Source: Minisyncoccota bacterium (lineage in GTDB: Bacteria; Patescibacteriota; Minisyncoccia; Phycocordibacterales; Phycocordibacteraceae). From it: a DNA stretch of 64,000 bases. Under the pieces are notes generated by a model that had not been told where the DNA came from, made no database searches, and was given only the letters and a program-made list of their open reading frames with translations. The position numbers and the translations under genes are program-made. Of this stretch, positions 27,883 to 39,929 are shown piece after piece. How positions within the stretch are numbered: position 1 is the stretch's first letter; each line of letters opens with the position of its first letter. The stretch lies in the NCBI GenBank assembly GCA_041660025.1, contig JBAZXD010000001.1, forward strand, positions 236,162-300,161, written 5' to 3'.

Positions 27883-28515
27883 ATGAAACGAACTTTCAAA
27901 ATTGGTGGAGTAATAATACTTGTTTTACTTTTGAGCGGAGGTTTCATTCGTTGGTTTTTTTCTCCTTTTTTCACATCAGACGAATGTAAGTACTATCAAG
28001 AAAGACTTGCATCTAGAGCTTGTTATGCACTTGATGGCACAATAATACCTATTGCTGAACAGCCAGGCACCATGTTCACAATTCGTTATGATTACGCTTT
28101 CGGAATGGGACCGGGTTGGAGTGCGTACTCAGAAAAAGAATCTAACGGACAAGCACGGTTTTGGACCTATCTTAATCCCCACACAACACTCCCTATATCC
28201 ACCGACGGGACTCGGTATATTGCGCTCTACTATGTTGGCGACAATCAAAGCGGGAAAGATAATCTGTATTTAGGACTCTTTTCTCTTCCGACTTCCGCCA
28301 GAGGACCATTTACATATCAGGACGCGGTTCTTGTTGGAAGTGGTAAAAGAAGTCATTTATCCCACACCACTTTCGAACAGAGGAGTGATGGTGTGATACA
28401 AGTGTCTTACAAAGTAACTCGCTTTGTAGATGATGCTCAACCACAATTGCAGACTGTTCTAGAGGACACGGTGCTTTACCAGATAATTGGCGATAAAATA
28501 CAGGAAATTCAATAG
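27883..28515 (+). CDS. hypothetical signal-anchored/secreted protein in an AT-rich cassette within the tRNA cluster
   Basis: 210 aa; N-terminal TM GGVIILVLLLSGGFI. Confidence 0.5.
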   Translation: MKRTFKIGGVIILVLLLSGGFIRWFFSPFFTSDECKYYQERLASRACYALDGTIIPIAEQPGTMFTIRYDYAFGMGPGWSAYSEKESNGQARFWTYLNPHTTLPISTDGTRYIALYYVGDNQSGKDNLYLGLFSLPTSARGPFTYQDAVLVGSGKRSHLSHTTFEQRSDGVIQVSYKVTRFVDDAQPQLQTVLEDTVLYQIIGDKIQEIQ

Positions 28516-28748
28516 AAATTGTACACAGGTGATACCTGTAGATGGATATGTTAGGAGTACAATATACTCATGCAACAAATGTCCTTGCGACAGTAGGCGA
28601 TGAAACTTCGTCAGAAGGGAAAACGTATTCTGAAATAGAAAGCTTTAGTTGAAGGGGTCTATGGTGTAGCGGTAACGCGTGACTATGGCATAATCGAATC
28701 TCGGGCTCGATTATCCCTAGGTCCACCGTGCGTCGGAAAGAAGGGAAT

Positions 28749-28824
28749 GGGCCCTTAGCTCATCTGGTAGAGCGCGTCCATGGCATGGACGAGGTGACCG
28801 GTTCAAGTCCGGTAGGGTCCACCA
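28749..28824 (+). tRNA. tRNA-Ala (GGC), CCA encoded
   Basis: G3:U70, anticodon stem CGTCC/GGACG with loop ATGGCAT. Confidence 0.85.
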
Positions 28825-28841
28825 AATTAATACATAGTCAT

Positions 28842-29243
28842 ATGCTCAAAGAATTCAAACAATTTTTGCTTCGAGGAAACGTCGTTGACCTGGCGGTCGG
28901 CGTTGTAGTCGGTGCCGCCTTCGGCACGCTCGTGAGCGCGCTCGTCGCCGATCTATTAACCCCGTTCATCGCGGCGGTGGCCAAAGTGCCGGACTTCGAT
29001 AGTCTCTCGTTCACGTTGAACGGTAGCAAATTCATGTACGGACACCTCATCAATGCCGTTATTTCATTCCTACTCGTCGCGACCGCGGTATTTTTCTTCG
29101 TCGTGAAGCCGATGAACGTGCTCATCGCCCGCTCGCACGGGGGAGTACCCGCGAATTACACGACCAAAAAGTGCTCCGAATGTCTGAGCGAGATTCCCAT
29201 CGGCGCGAAGCGCTGCAAGTACTGCACCCAGGCTGTCGCTTAA
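28842..29243 (+). CDS. mscL: large-conductance mechanosensitive channel with C-terminal CxxC-x10-CxxC zinc ribbon
   Basis: MLKEFKQFLLRGNVVDLAVGVVVGAAFG closely matches the MscL N-terminus; C-terminus KKCSECLSEIPIGAKRCKYC. Confidence 0.85.
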   Translation: MLKEFKQFLLRGNVVDLAVGVVVGAAFGTLVSALVADLLTPFIAAVAKVPDFDSLSFTLNGSKFMYGHLINAVISFLLVATAVFFFVVKPMNVLIARSHGGVPANYTTKKCSECLSEIPIGAKRCKYCTQAVA

Positions 29244-29245
29244 AC

Positions 29246-29275
29246 ACAAAACCCGCCGTGAGGCGGGTTTTGTGT
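29246..29275. terminator. bidirectional rho-independent terminator
   Basis: ACAAAACCCGCC-GTGA-GGCGGGTTTTGTGT. Confidence 0.75.
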
Positions 29276-29294
29276 AGTACACGACCAGGCTCGA

Positions 29295-29546
29295 TTAGCT
29301 CAGGTGCGGCGAAACGAGTTTTGTCATCTCGAACATCGTCACCTCGCTCTTACCACCGAAAACTACCTTCAATTTCTCGTCGGCGAGAATATTGCGCTTG
29401 TTCGCCGGATTCTGGAGGTTGTGCTTCTTGATGTATACCCAAAGCTGTTTAACCACCTCGGTTCTCGGCATCGGACCCTTACCGACAACCGCCTCCAATT
29501 CGGAAGAAAGGTTGAGCGGCTTCGACAGTGCTGCGTTTATTGCCAT
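29295..29546 (-). CDS. SWIB/MDM2 domain protein
   Basis: LSSELEAVVGKGPMPRTEVVKQLWVYIKKHNLQNP..R.I..DEKL matches the SWIB domain; start at MAINAAL. Confidence 0.75.
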   Translation of the reverse strand: MAINAALSKPLNLSSELEAVVGKGPMPRTEVVKQLWVYIKKHNLQNPANKRNILADEKLKVVFGGKSEVTMFEMTKLVSPHLS

Positions 29547-29610
29547 AGTGAATGTAATTGTATTAATACTAAGGGACTGACCTAGTATATAGCATAGAGT
29601 ACGGGTCATC

Positions 29611-29619
29611 TGGTAGAAT
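29611..29619 (+). promoter_or_regulatory. extended -10 TGGTAGAAT for the atp operon; atpB start at 29628
   Basis: TSS predicted ~29626, 2 nt before the first of two adjacent in-frame ATGs. Confidence 0.45.
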
Positions 29620-29627
29620 GCAAGTAC

Positions 29628-30374
29628 ATGCATGAGGGTATCTCAGTCGTCCTCAAGGCGGAGCAGTTAGGCTCCGTTTTCGGTTTTCCTATTACAAACT
29701 CGCTTTTGATGGCGTGGCTCGTGATGGCACTCCTCATCGGTCTCGCGTATTTCTTCGGTCGTTCGCTCTCACTCGTGCCCGGGAAGCTCCAGGCCGGCAT
29801 CGAGTGGGCCTTTGAAGGAACGCTCGCGTATATGGCCGAGGTGCTCGAGAGCGAGAAGCTCGCCCGACGGTTCTTCCCGCTCGTGGTCTCTATCTTCATT
29901 TTCGTCGCTTTCATCAACGAGCTGGAGTTCTTCCCGGGGGTCGGCTCGCTCGGCCTCTGGCACGCCTCTGAATTCTTGCCGATCCTGCGGGCGCCGACCA
30001 CCGACCTCAACTTCACCCTCGCGCTCGCGCTCATCGCCTTCTTCACCATCGAGGTGACGGGCATCGCGATGCTCGGTTTTTTCAACTATGCGAGAAAGTA
30101 TGTTAATCTGAAGTCGCCGATCGGATTTGTCGTCGGGCTCATCGAGCTCGTCAGCAATCTTGGTCGGCTTATCTCGTTCTCGTTCCGTCTCTTTGGCAAC
30201 ATTTTCGCCGGCGAAGTGATGGTACTGGTCGCCATATTCTTCCTCCCGTACGTGCTCCCGGCGCCCTTGATGGGATTCGAGATGTTCATCGGCCTCGTGC
30301 AAGCGCTCGTTTTCGCGATGTTGACGCTGTTCTTCATAAAGCTCGCGATTGCGGCTCCGCACGAGGAGCATTAA
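29628..30374 (+). CDS. atpB: ATP synthase F0 subunit a
   Basis: RLFGNIFAGE motif, multi-TM. Confidence 0.9.
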   Translation: MHEGISVVLKAEQLGSVFGFPITNSLLMAWLVMALLIGLAYFFGRSLSLVPGKLQAGIEWAFEGTLAYMAEVLESEKLARRFFPLVVSIFIFVAFINELEFFPGVGSLGLWHASEFLPILRAPTTDLNFTLALALIAFFTIEVTGIAMLGFFNYARKYVNLKSPIGFVVGLIELVSNLGRLISFSFRLFGNIFAGEVMVLVAIFFLPYVLPAPLMGFEMFIGLVQALVFAMLTLFFIKLAIAAPHEEH

Positions 30375-30381
30375 TACTTAA

Positions 30382-30621
<240 letters not shown>

Positions 30622-30640
30622 CGAATACCTGTTTCGGACA

Positions 30641-31090
30641 ATGCAACAGCTTTTCGACGCATTCGGCATCAATTGGAGCCTTCTCATCGCGCAGGCGGTG
30701 AACTTCGCCATTGTGCTCGTCGCACTCTGGTACTTCCTCTATAAGCCGGTGATGGCGGTACTCGACAAGCGGCAGAAGGTCGTCGCGAAGGGTGTTGAGG
30801 ATGCGGCGCAGGCGGGCGCACTGCTCGCGGGTGCGGACGGCGAGGCGCGCGCCCGCGTAACTGCGGCGGACGAACAGGCGGACAGCATCGTTGCCGCGGC
30901 GCGCGAATCTGCCACTGCGGAGAAGGCACGGCTCTTGAAAGAAGCAGAGGCGCGCGCGCTTGCCGTGACGAAAGACGCCGAGGCACGCGCAAGTGAAGTT
31001 GCGGCACGCTCTCTTCGGGAGAGCGAACAGGAGGTCGCGCGGCTCGCCATCCTCGCCGCCGAGAAGATATTGAAAGCACGCCATGATTGA
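30641..31090 (+). CDS. atpF: ATP synthase F0 subunit b
   Basis: N-terminal TM then long Ala/Glu/Arg-rich helix; operon position. Confidence 0.8.
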   Translation: MQQLFDAFGINWSLLIAQAVNFAIVLVALWYFLYKPVMAVLDKRQKVVAKGVEDAAQAGALLAGADGEARARVTAADEQADSIVAAARESATAEKARLLKEAEARALAVTKDAEARASEVAARSLRESEQEVARLAILAAEKILKARHD

Positions 31091-31454
31091 CGACTACACG
31101 CGCCTTCTGGAGGCCACGGCGGAGCTCGAGGATAAAGCGGCGTCAGACGCGGCGGTGACGAAACTCATTTTACATTTGAAGAGCGCGGGGCGTATGAAGA
31201 TGCTCCCTCAGATCGCGCGCGAGCTGAAGAAGGTTGCGGCGCGTCGCCATTCGCTCCGTCCGCACATAGAGGTCGCTCACAAGAAGGAAGAGGCGGCGGC
31301 GCTCCGCGCCGCCGCCGAGGCGGGCATCATCGCCCGGCACGCGAGCGTGAACACGTCGCTCATCCACGGTTGGCGCGCTCGGGCCGGCGATCGGCTTGTC
31401 GACCGTTCGGCGAAACGCGCCCTTTTACACATTTATCAGCAGGTAGCTCCCTAG
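31083..31454 (+). CDS. atpH: ATP synthase F1 delta subunit (short OSCP-like)
   Basis: Operon position between b and alpha; 123 aa. Confidence 0.6.
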   Translation: MIDDYTRLLEATAELEDKAASDAAVTKLILHLKSAGRMKMLPQIARELKKVAARRHSLRPHIEVAHKKEEAAALRAAAEAGIIARHASVNTSLIHGWRARAGDRLVDRSAKRALLHIYQQVAP

Positions 31455-31457
31455 CGT

Positions 31458-33014
31458 ATGCAAAGCATCATTGAGAGAATTGAGAAAGAGATCGCCGCGT
31501 GGACGCCCGAGGCGGGCGCCGAGGAGACCGGCATCGTCCGGGCGACCGGCGACGGCATCGCAGAGATTGACGGCCTCTCGAAGGCCGCGATGTCCGAGAT
31601 GGTGCTCTTCGACCCGACCTTTGACCGCTCGCTCGCCGAGGCGCTCAAAGATTCCCGGCCGCTCTATGGCCTTATTTTGAACCTCGAGGAGGATGGCGTG
31701 CGCGCCGTTATTCTCGGCGATGCATCGAAGATTTATGAGGGGATGCTCGTGCGCCGGCTCGGACGCCTACTCTCGATACCGGTCGGCGACTCGCTCGTCG
31801 GCCGTGTCGTGAGCCCGCTCGGCGAACCGGTCGACGGCAAGGGTCCGACCAAGGCGACCGACCTGCGACCCATCGAACGCGAGGCGTACGGCGTCATCGA
31901 CCGTGCGAGCGTGAACGTGCCGCTCCACACCGGCATCAAGGCAATCGACGCGATGATCCCGATCGGTCGCGGCCAGCGCGAGCTCATCATCGGCGACCGC
32001 GGCACCGGCAAGACCAGCATCGCCATCGACACCATCATCAATCAAAAGAGCGAGTCCCTAGCGACGCGTCCGATCTGCATTTACGTCGCCATCGGACAGA
32101 AGGAGTCGAAGACAGCGAAGCTTGTCGCCGAGCTCGAGAGCCGCGGCGCGATGGAGTACACCATCGTCGTGACGGCTCCGGCAAGCGCTCCCGCCGCACT
32201 GCAATTTCTCGCGCCGTTTGCTGGTGCCGCTATCGGTGAATATTTTATGGAACAAGGTAGGGACGCGCTCGTCGTGTACGACGACCTGAGTAAGCAGGCG
32301 GTCGCCTATCGCCAGATGTCGCTTCTCCTTCGCCGCCCGCCTGGCCGCGAAGCATATCCGGGCGACATCTTCTACCTGCATTCGCGCCTCTTGGAGCGCG
32401 CGGCGAAGCTCTCGAAGGAGAAGGGCGGCGGCTCCTTAACCGCGCTCCCCATCATCGAGACGCAGGAAGGGGACGTCTCCGCATACATCCCGACGAACGT
32501 CATCTCGATCACCGACGGCCAGATCTATCTGGAAGCGAACCTCTTCAACAAGGGTCAGCGACCGGCCATCAACGTCGGTATCTCGGTCTCGCGTGTGGGA
32601 AGCTCGGCGCAGACGAAGGCGATGAAGAAGGTTGCCGGCAAGATCAAACTCGAGCTCGCGCAGTTCCGCGAACTGGAAGCGTTCATGCAGTTCTCCTCCG
32701 ATCTCGATGCCGAGACGAAGAAACGCATTGATGCGGGCCGGCGCATGACCGAAGTCTTGAATCAAGGGCGCGGCGTGCCGCTCGCCTTCGAGATGGAGGC
32801 CGCAGTCATCTTCGCCGCGACGAACGGCTACCTCGACACATTCTCACCGGAAGAGGTAAGCGATATCGAACGACGGTTGCAAGAATACCTCGCGCGCGAG
32901 GCGGATGGCGTGCTCACGTCTATCCGCGAATCGAAGGAGATCCGCGAGGAGTCGGAGAAGACGCTCCGCGAGAAACTAGATACGTTCGTCGCTCGTCATA
33001 CATCTGCCGCATAA
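31458..33014 (+). CDS. atpA: ATP synthase F1 alpha subunit
   Basis: [11 protein letters not shown] Walker A; full-length homology. Confidence 0.97.
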   Translation: MQSIIERIEKEIAAWTPEAGAEETGIVRATGDGIAEIDGLSKAAMSEMVLFDPTFDRSLAEALKDSRPLYGLILNLEEDGVRAVILGDASKIYEGMLVRRLGRLLSIPVGDSLVGRVVSPLGEPVDGKGPTKATDLRPIEREAYGVIDRASVNVPLHTGIKAIDAMIPIGRGQRELIIGDRGTGKTSIAIDTIINQKSESLATRPICIYVAIGQKESKTAKLVAELESRGAMEYTIVVTAPASAPAALQFLAPFAGAAIGEYFMEQGRDALVVYDDLSKQAVAYRQMSLLLRRPPGREAYPGDIFYLHSRLLERAAKLSKEKGGGSLTALPIIETQEGDVSAYIPTNVISITDGQIYLEANLFNKGQRPAINVGISVSRVGSSAQTKAMKKVAGKIKLELAQFRELEAFMQFSSDLDAETKKRIDAGRRMTEVLNQGRGVPLAFEMEAAVIFAATNGYLDTFSPEEVSDIERRLQEYLAREADGVLTSIRESKEIREESEKTLREKLDTFVARHTSAA

Positions 33015-33016
33015 CT

Positions 33017-35306
<2,290 letters not shown>

Positions 35307-35313
35307 CGCACCT

Positions 35314-35562
35314 ATGGCGAAAACATTTCACCTCACAATCGCAAAAGTCGGCGAGAATCTCTTCGACGGGGAGGCGATTTCCGCGACGATGCCCGGGAAG
35401 GAGGGAGTGTTCCAGGTCCTCGCTGAACATGAGGCGTTCGTTTCTGAACTCACGCCGGGCACGATGGAGGTGAAAACGGCGGACGACCACACGCACCGTT
35501 TCGAGATTCCTACGGGCGGCATCGCCGAGGTCTCGCGTAACCAGGCGACTATACTTCTCTAG
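35314..35562 (+). CDS. atpC: ATP synthase F1 epsilon subunit (beta-sandwich domain only)
   Basis: 82 aa; operon position. Confidence 0.8.
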   Translation: MAKTFHLTIAKVGENLFDGEAISATMPGKEGVFQVLAEHEAFVSELTPGTMEVKTADDHTHRFEIPTGGIAEVSRNQATILL

Positions 35563-35586
35563 CCCTTGCGCATTGTCCATAAGGGG

Positions 35587-35592
35587 TATACT
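35587..35592 (+). promoter_or_regulatory. -10 TATACT within AGGGGTATACTAGG; ATG at 35601
   Basis: Same GGGGTATACTAG 12-mer as at 10882. Confidence 0.4.
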
Positions 35593-35600
35593 AGGGGCAT

Positions 35601-36044
35601 ATGAGTTCTGACGGCGATAATGAGGGCGGGGGAGATAACGGGGGAAGCATTATAAAAGTGCCTCCGCGCCACGTAATATTGCATTATCACGGCGACGAAC
35701 TGCGCGCCCTCTTCATCATTAGCGCTATCGTGCTTATCGTCGCGCAGTCGACCGGCGCGGACCTGCCGCTCTCGACAACCGGCGCCGTCGTCTCCGCTAT
35801 TCTGCTCGTGATCGCGGCCGGTATTACGAATCCGGCGCAATACGGGATCCATTGGTTGAATGCGCTTATCGCGATTGCCGGTACATTCATCTTCGGTATC
35901 ACCGCCGTCGACCGCTATCGCGCGGAGATAAGCTTCCTTGACCCCTCATTCATTTACGTCGAAGCGCTCGCGCTCCTCTCGCTCGTCGCGCTTTACTTCA
36001 CTACGCGGACTATCCGCGGCATCAAACAACGTCCCCGATTTTAA
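35601..36044 (+). CDS. hypothetical integral membrane protein
   Basis: 147 aa; multiple hydrophobic helices. Confidence 0.5.
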   Translation: MSSDGDNEGGGDNGGSIIKVPPRHVILHYHGDELRALFIISAIVLIVAQSTGADLPLSTTGAVVSAILLVIAAGITNPAQYGIHWLNALIAIAGTFIFGITAVDRYRAEISFLDPSFIYVEALALLSLVALYFTTRTIRGIKQRPRF

Positions 36045-36064
36045 TTCCCGTTCATTATTTTCGT

Positions 36065-36298
36065 ATGTCATTCCAAAGCTTTCTTATTAATCAGTACGCC
36101 AAGTGGAAGATGAAGGATGTGCCGGCGGCACAGCGGGAGCAGATGACTGCGCTCGTGACGAAGGATCCGCAACTGTTCAAGAAGATCGGCGAGGAGATAG
36201 AACGGCGGAAGAAGGGCGGCGAGAGCGAGATGAAGGCGTCGATGGAGGTGATGAAGAAGTATCGCGCCGAGCTCGGTGCGCTTATGCAGAAAAGATAA
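36065..36298 (+). CDS. small hypothetical protein
   Basis: 77 aa; Lys/Glu rich. Confidence 0.4.
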   Translation: MSFQSFLINQYAKWKMKDVPAAQREQMTALVTKDPQLFKKIGEEIERRKKGGESEMKASMEVMKKYRAELGALMQKR

Positions 36299-36299
36299 T

Positions 36300-36806
36300 A
36301 TGCCCACTCTCGTTCCTCTCCTCGTATTCTGCCAGGCGCTCGGCGCGAGCATCGGCGCTCTGACGGCGGTCTGGAGCGAGCTCGCCTACGTTAAGGCGAT
36401 GCGAGACGGTCAACTCGACCGCGCCGAACGCGCCCATCTCGACAGTATCGCTCACGGACTGCGCTACGGTATGGTGCTCCTCCTCCTCGCCTCGCTCGGA
36501 CTCGTCATCGTCGCCTATACGCGGCAGGCTACTTTTCAGCCGGCTCTGACCGCGAGTTACTGGATACTCACGGTGCTCGCGCTCCTTGTCATCGGCGTTT
36601 CCTGGGCGCTCTCGCGGCGGCGCATCTCCTTCGCGCTCGGCTCCGCCATTGTGTTTACCGCGTGGTGGTTCCTCGCCTATCTCTCGCTCGGGTGGCTGCC
36701 GTCCTTGTCCTTCGGCGCCGCGGTGATGTCCTTCATCGTTGCGACGGCGATTTTCTATGCTCTGCTCTCCTACGCGCGCCTCCTCGCTTCGCCCAAAGGT
36801 ACTTGA
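36300..36806 (+). CDS. hypothetical integral membrane protein
   Basis: Start placed at MPTLVPLL immediately after the upstream stop; multi-TM. Confidence 0.5.
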   Translation: MPTLVPLLVFCQALGASIGALTAVWSELAYVKAMRDGQLDRAERAHLDSIAHGLRYGMVLLLLASLGLVIVAYTRQATFQPALTASYWILTVLALLVIGVSWALSRRRISFALGSAIVFTAWWFLAYLSLGWLPSLSFGAAVMSFIVATAIFYALLSYARLLASPKGT

Positions 36807-37015
36807 CAGAAGAGAGCAGGTCTGCTAGGGTGGTAATGAACCTGATTTTTCCAGACATATTGCCCGGGCGAGACGGCGTGAGTCTCCTCAAAGTGCCGAA
36901 CGCAACGCTGATGTTCTTCTAAATCAGCGCACCAATCGGCTCCTCTGAGGTAAGTGAATGAAGTTATCTTATTTTGGAGAAACAACATTCGCTTAACCGC
37001 CGTTTCGCCCGCTGC

Positions 37016-37050
37016 GGGGGATCACCAGTTGGTGATCCTCTTCCTTTTTA
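37016..37050 (+). terminator. rho-independent terminator hairpin 25 nt upstream of ychF
   Basis: GGGGGATCACC-AGTT-GGTGATCCTC then TTCCTTTTT. Confidence 0.55.
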
Positions 37051-37075
37051 TACGCAAGCACGGTAGGTTTGAATA

Positions 37076-38173
37076 ATGCTCAAAATAGGAATCGTCGGTT
37101 TACCGAACGTGGGAAAGTCCACGCTTTTTAATGCACTCACGAAGGCCTCCGTGCCGGCGGAGAATTACCCGTTCTGTACCATCGACCCCTCGGTCGGTGT
37201 CGTTGGCGTTCCCGACGCGCGCCTCGGCGCGCTCGCAGAGTTCTCTTCGAGCGAGAAGGTCGTCCCGGCGGCGATAGAATTCGTGGATATTGCGGGCTTG
37301 GTGAAGGGCGCCGCAGAGGGCGAAGGGCTCGGCAACCAGTTCCTCGCGAATATTCGCGAGACCGATGCGATACTCCAGGTCGTGCGGTTCTTCGACGACC
37401 CGAACGTGCTCCACGTCGAAGAAACCGTCGAACCGTATAAGGACATCGAGATCATCAATCTCGAACTCGCGCTCGCTGACGCCGAACAGGTCAGGAAGCG
37501 CCGCGACAAGATCGCGGGCGATATAAAGGCGGGGCGGAAAGAGTTCGTCGCGGAGGATGCGGCGCTTGCGAAGCTTGCGCAGGGGTTCGCTGCGGGGAAG
37601 CTCGCCCTCCATTCTGGTCTCACTGACGATGAGAAGAAGCTCGTCGGGGCATTGAATCTCCTCACAATGAAGCCAATCCTCTATGCTTTGAATAAGAAAA
37701 GCGGCGGACACAATCTCGATGAACTCGCGGACGGGCGCGCGGAGCGCGCATTCGAGCTTATCTCGACGCTCGGCGGGCAGTATATCTTCCTCGATGCGGC
37801 GACGGAACGCGAGCTGAACGATGTCGCAGACGATGACCGCGTCGGCTTCCGCCGGGAGCTCGGCGTATCGGAGGACGGCCTCGCCGCACTCATCCGCGGC
37901 GCATACGAGACGCTTGGGCTTATTTCATTCTTCACTACGGGTACTGACGAGACACGCGCGTGGACGATCAAGGAGGGCAGTACGGCGCCGGTCGCCGGCG
38001 CCGCTATTCATAATGATTTCCTGGAGAAATTTATCCGCGCCGAGGTCATCGAGTGGAAAAAGCTTTTGGATGTCGGCTCCTATGCCGCCGCCCGCGATAA
38101 GGGCCTCGTCCGGGTGGAGGGGAAGGAGTACGTCGTCGCCGACGGCGACGTGATGGTCTTCCTCCACGGCTAA
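37076..38173 (+). CDS. ychF: ribosome-binding ATPase YchF
   Basis: GIVGLPNVGKSTLFNALT, TGS C-terminal domain. Confidence 0.95.
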   Translation: MLKIGIVGLPNVGKSTLFNALTKASVPAENYPFCTIDPSVGVVGVPDARLGALAEFSSSEKVVPAAIEFVDIAGLVKGAAEGEGLGNQFLANIRETDAILQVVRFFDDPNVLHVEETVEPYKDIEIINLELALADAEQVRKRRDKIAGDIKAGRKEFVAEDAALAKLAQGFAAGKLALHSGLTDDEKKLVGALNLLTMKPILYALNKKSGGHNLDELADGRAERAFELISTLGGQYIFLDAATERELNDVADDDRVGFRRELGVSEDGLAALIRGAYETLGLISFFTTGTDETRAWTIKEGSTAPVAGAAIHNDFLEKFIRAEVIEWKKLLDVGSYAAARDKGLVRVEGKEYVVADGDVMVFLHG

Positions 38174-38401
38174 CTTGACGAATTACTAAATTTCAGTAGC
38201 ATAAAGCCCAGGAGATTGGTAGCACATTGAGCCGGGAGTAATATCCCTTTCTGAAATCAAAAAAAGGAAGTCAAACATGTTCAATCCGTTCAGATGGTTG
38301 GATGGCATCTTATTGGGCACTGCACAGAAATTATGTGATAAACCCAACGAGTTATCGGTCTGACGAAATTTACGTTCGAAAAGTGGGCAGTAATACTATC
38401 G

Positions 38402-38803
38402 GTGTTATTCCACTGGGGGACTTATTTTTTCAGTCCGGTACTTGCCTTAGTCGTCCCGCTTTTAATGTACGCCACTGGTGGGGCGTTCCTGGTACGCAGT
38501 ATTGAAAGAAAGGAAGCTGAGTTCTTGAAAAATGGGAACTTTGTGCAGCCTTTTTTTGATATGCCAGTGAGAGTCGCGATTCTCATCGGTATTGGTTCTT
38601 TGGCGACTGTGAATTTTGTTTCGGCGGACTTCGGGAATAATGTATTGTCATATGGGCAAATCAGCTATATCGCATGTGCATACTTTGATGCTTGTATTCC
38701 GCGGCCGCCGAGCAAGAGCAAGGTGCGGGAGTTGTACGAAAAGGGGCTATGGTGGCTGAATGATAAGCTCCAACCAGCGCCTCTTCCCGAGACCAATCAA
38801 TAA
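38402..38803 (+). CDS. hypothetical membrane protein in an AT-rich cassette (alternative start codon)
   Basis: 133 aa; hydrophobic; overlapping ORFs in other frames upstream make the start uncertain. Confidence 0.35.
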   Translation: MLFHWGTYFFSPVLALVVPLLMYATGGAFLVRSIERKEAEFLKNGNFVQPFFDMPVRVAILIGIGSLATVNFVSADFGNNVLSYGQISYIACAYFDACIPRPPSKSKVRELYEKGLWWLNDKLQPAPLPETNQ

Positions 38804-38827
38804 TCCGTTTCTCGTCTCAACTTCACG

Positions 38828-38854
38828 TCCCCGCCTTGTGCGGGGATTTTGTTT
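38828..38854 (+). terminator. rho-independent terminator
   Basis: TCCCCGC-CTTGT-GCGGGGA then TTTTGTTT. Confidence 0.75.
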
Positions 38855-38857
38855 ACC

Positions 38858-38885
38858 AAACGGCTCAGACCCCGTCTGAGCCGTT
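38858..38885 (+). repeat. 29-bp palindrome, copy 3 (last base diverged)
   Basis: AAACGGCTCAGACCCCGTCTGAGCCGTT then C. Confidence 0.85.
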
Positions 38886-38916
38886 CGGGGGGTTGCCGTA
38901 TCGCCCTTTTCCTGTG

Positions 38917-38925
38917 TGGTATAAT
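38917..38925 (+). promoter_or_regulatory. extended -10 TGGTATAAT; ATG at 38934 (leaderless)
   Basis: Exact consensus 9 nt before the ATG. Confidence 0.5.
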
Positions 38926-38933
38926 GCAGGCAT

Positions 38934-39905
38934 ATGGACAAACCCAAAACAACAGCAAAGGATTTCTTCTTGTGGGCGGGGGCGATGGTGACCTTCTACT
39001 GGAGCGTCATTGCGTTCGTTCTCCTCACGTTCGATTACATCAACTACACGTTCCCGAATGTGCTGAGCTATTACCCGGCCGACCCGTACCAGAGCGGCAT
39101 CAGCTACGAGATGGCGTCGGTCATTGTTCTTCTGCCGATCTATATGCTGCTTATGTGGCTCATCCGTAAGGATGCTTTCGTGGATACATCAAAAAAGGAA
39201 ATATGGGTGCGCCGCTGGGCGATCATCCTCACGCTCTTCGTCGCCGGCATCGCCGTGGCCGCCGACCTCATTACTCTGCTTACCACCTTCCTCAACGGAG
39301 AGGCGCTGACGACCGCATTCCTCCTCAAAGTGCTCATCGTCTTCCTCGTTGCGGTGGGAGTATTCCTGCACTTCATCGCAGATCTGAAGGGCTACTGGGA
39401 CGCGTTCCCGCTCCGGAAACGTGCGGTCTGTAGCGGTGTAGCGGTCCTCGCTCTTGCCACGATAATCGTCGGCTTCTTCATCGTCGGTACGCCGGCGGAG
39501 GCGCGCCTCGCGCGCTTCGACGCAGAGAAGGTGATTGACCTTCAAAACATCCAGTCGCAAGTTGTGTATTACTGGCAGGCGAAGCAGAAGTTGCCGGCGG
39601 CGATTACCGACCTCGAAAACTCTCTCGCATACGGCCCCTTACCAGTCGATGCTCAAACAGGAGAATCGTATGTGTATCAGGCGACCGGAGCACTCTCGTT
39701 CAAGCTCTGTGCAGACTTCAACGCGGCGAGCCGCGCCAATCCAAGCGCTCTTACGGAGACTCGTCCCGTTGAACCGGTTCCGGTTGGTGTCGGCGGCAAG
39801 GACGTCATGATGCAAGTCGACAACTGGCAGCACAGCGCGGGACAGGTCTGCTTCGACCGGACCATCGACCCGAGCTTCTATCCGCCGCTTACCAAGCAAC
39901 CGTAA
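38934..39905 (+). CDS. hypothetical multi-TM membrane protein
   Basis: 323 aa; N-terminal half strongly hydrophobic. Confidence 0.55.
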   Translation: MDKPKTTAKDFFLWAGAMVTFYWSVIAFVLLTFDYINYTFPNVLSYYPADPYQSGISYEMASVIVLLPIYMLLMWLIRKDAFVDTSKKEIWVRRWAIILTLFVAGIAVAADLITLLTTFLNGEALTTAFLLKVLIVFLVAVGVFLHFIADLKGYWDAFPLRKRAVCSGVAVLALATIIVGFFIVGTPAEARLARFDAEKVIDLQNIQSQVVYYWQAKQKLPAAITDLENSLAYGPLPVDAQTGESYVYQATGALSFKLCADFNAASRANPSALTETRPVEPVPVGVGGKDVMMQVDNWQHSAGQVCFDRTIDPSFYPPLTKQP

Positions 39906-39929
39906 TAACGTTTGGTCTTGTAATTCAGG

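Noticed and set aside
28654-28730. Possible additional tRNA gene between the AT-rich cassette and tRNA-Ala(GGC).
   Set aside because: The candidate acceptor arms do not pair, and no standard anticodon or T-arm can be folded. It is treated as a tRNA-like fragment or pseudogene only; see findings.
38277-38505. Three overlapping short ORFs in different frames (38277, 38302, 38402), considered as a frameshifted pseudogene.
   Set aside because: The fragments have no recognisable homology and do not obviously form one protein when frames are joined. They are left as an uncertain AT-rich region with one tentative membrane-protein CDS.
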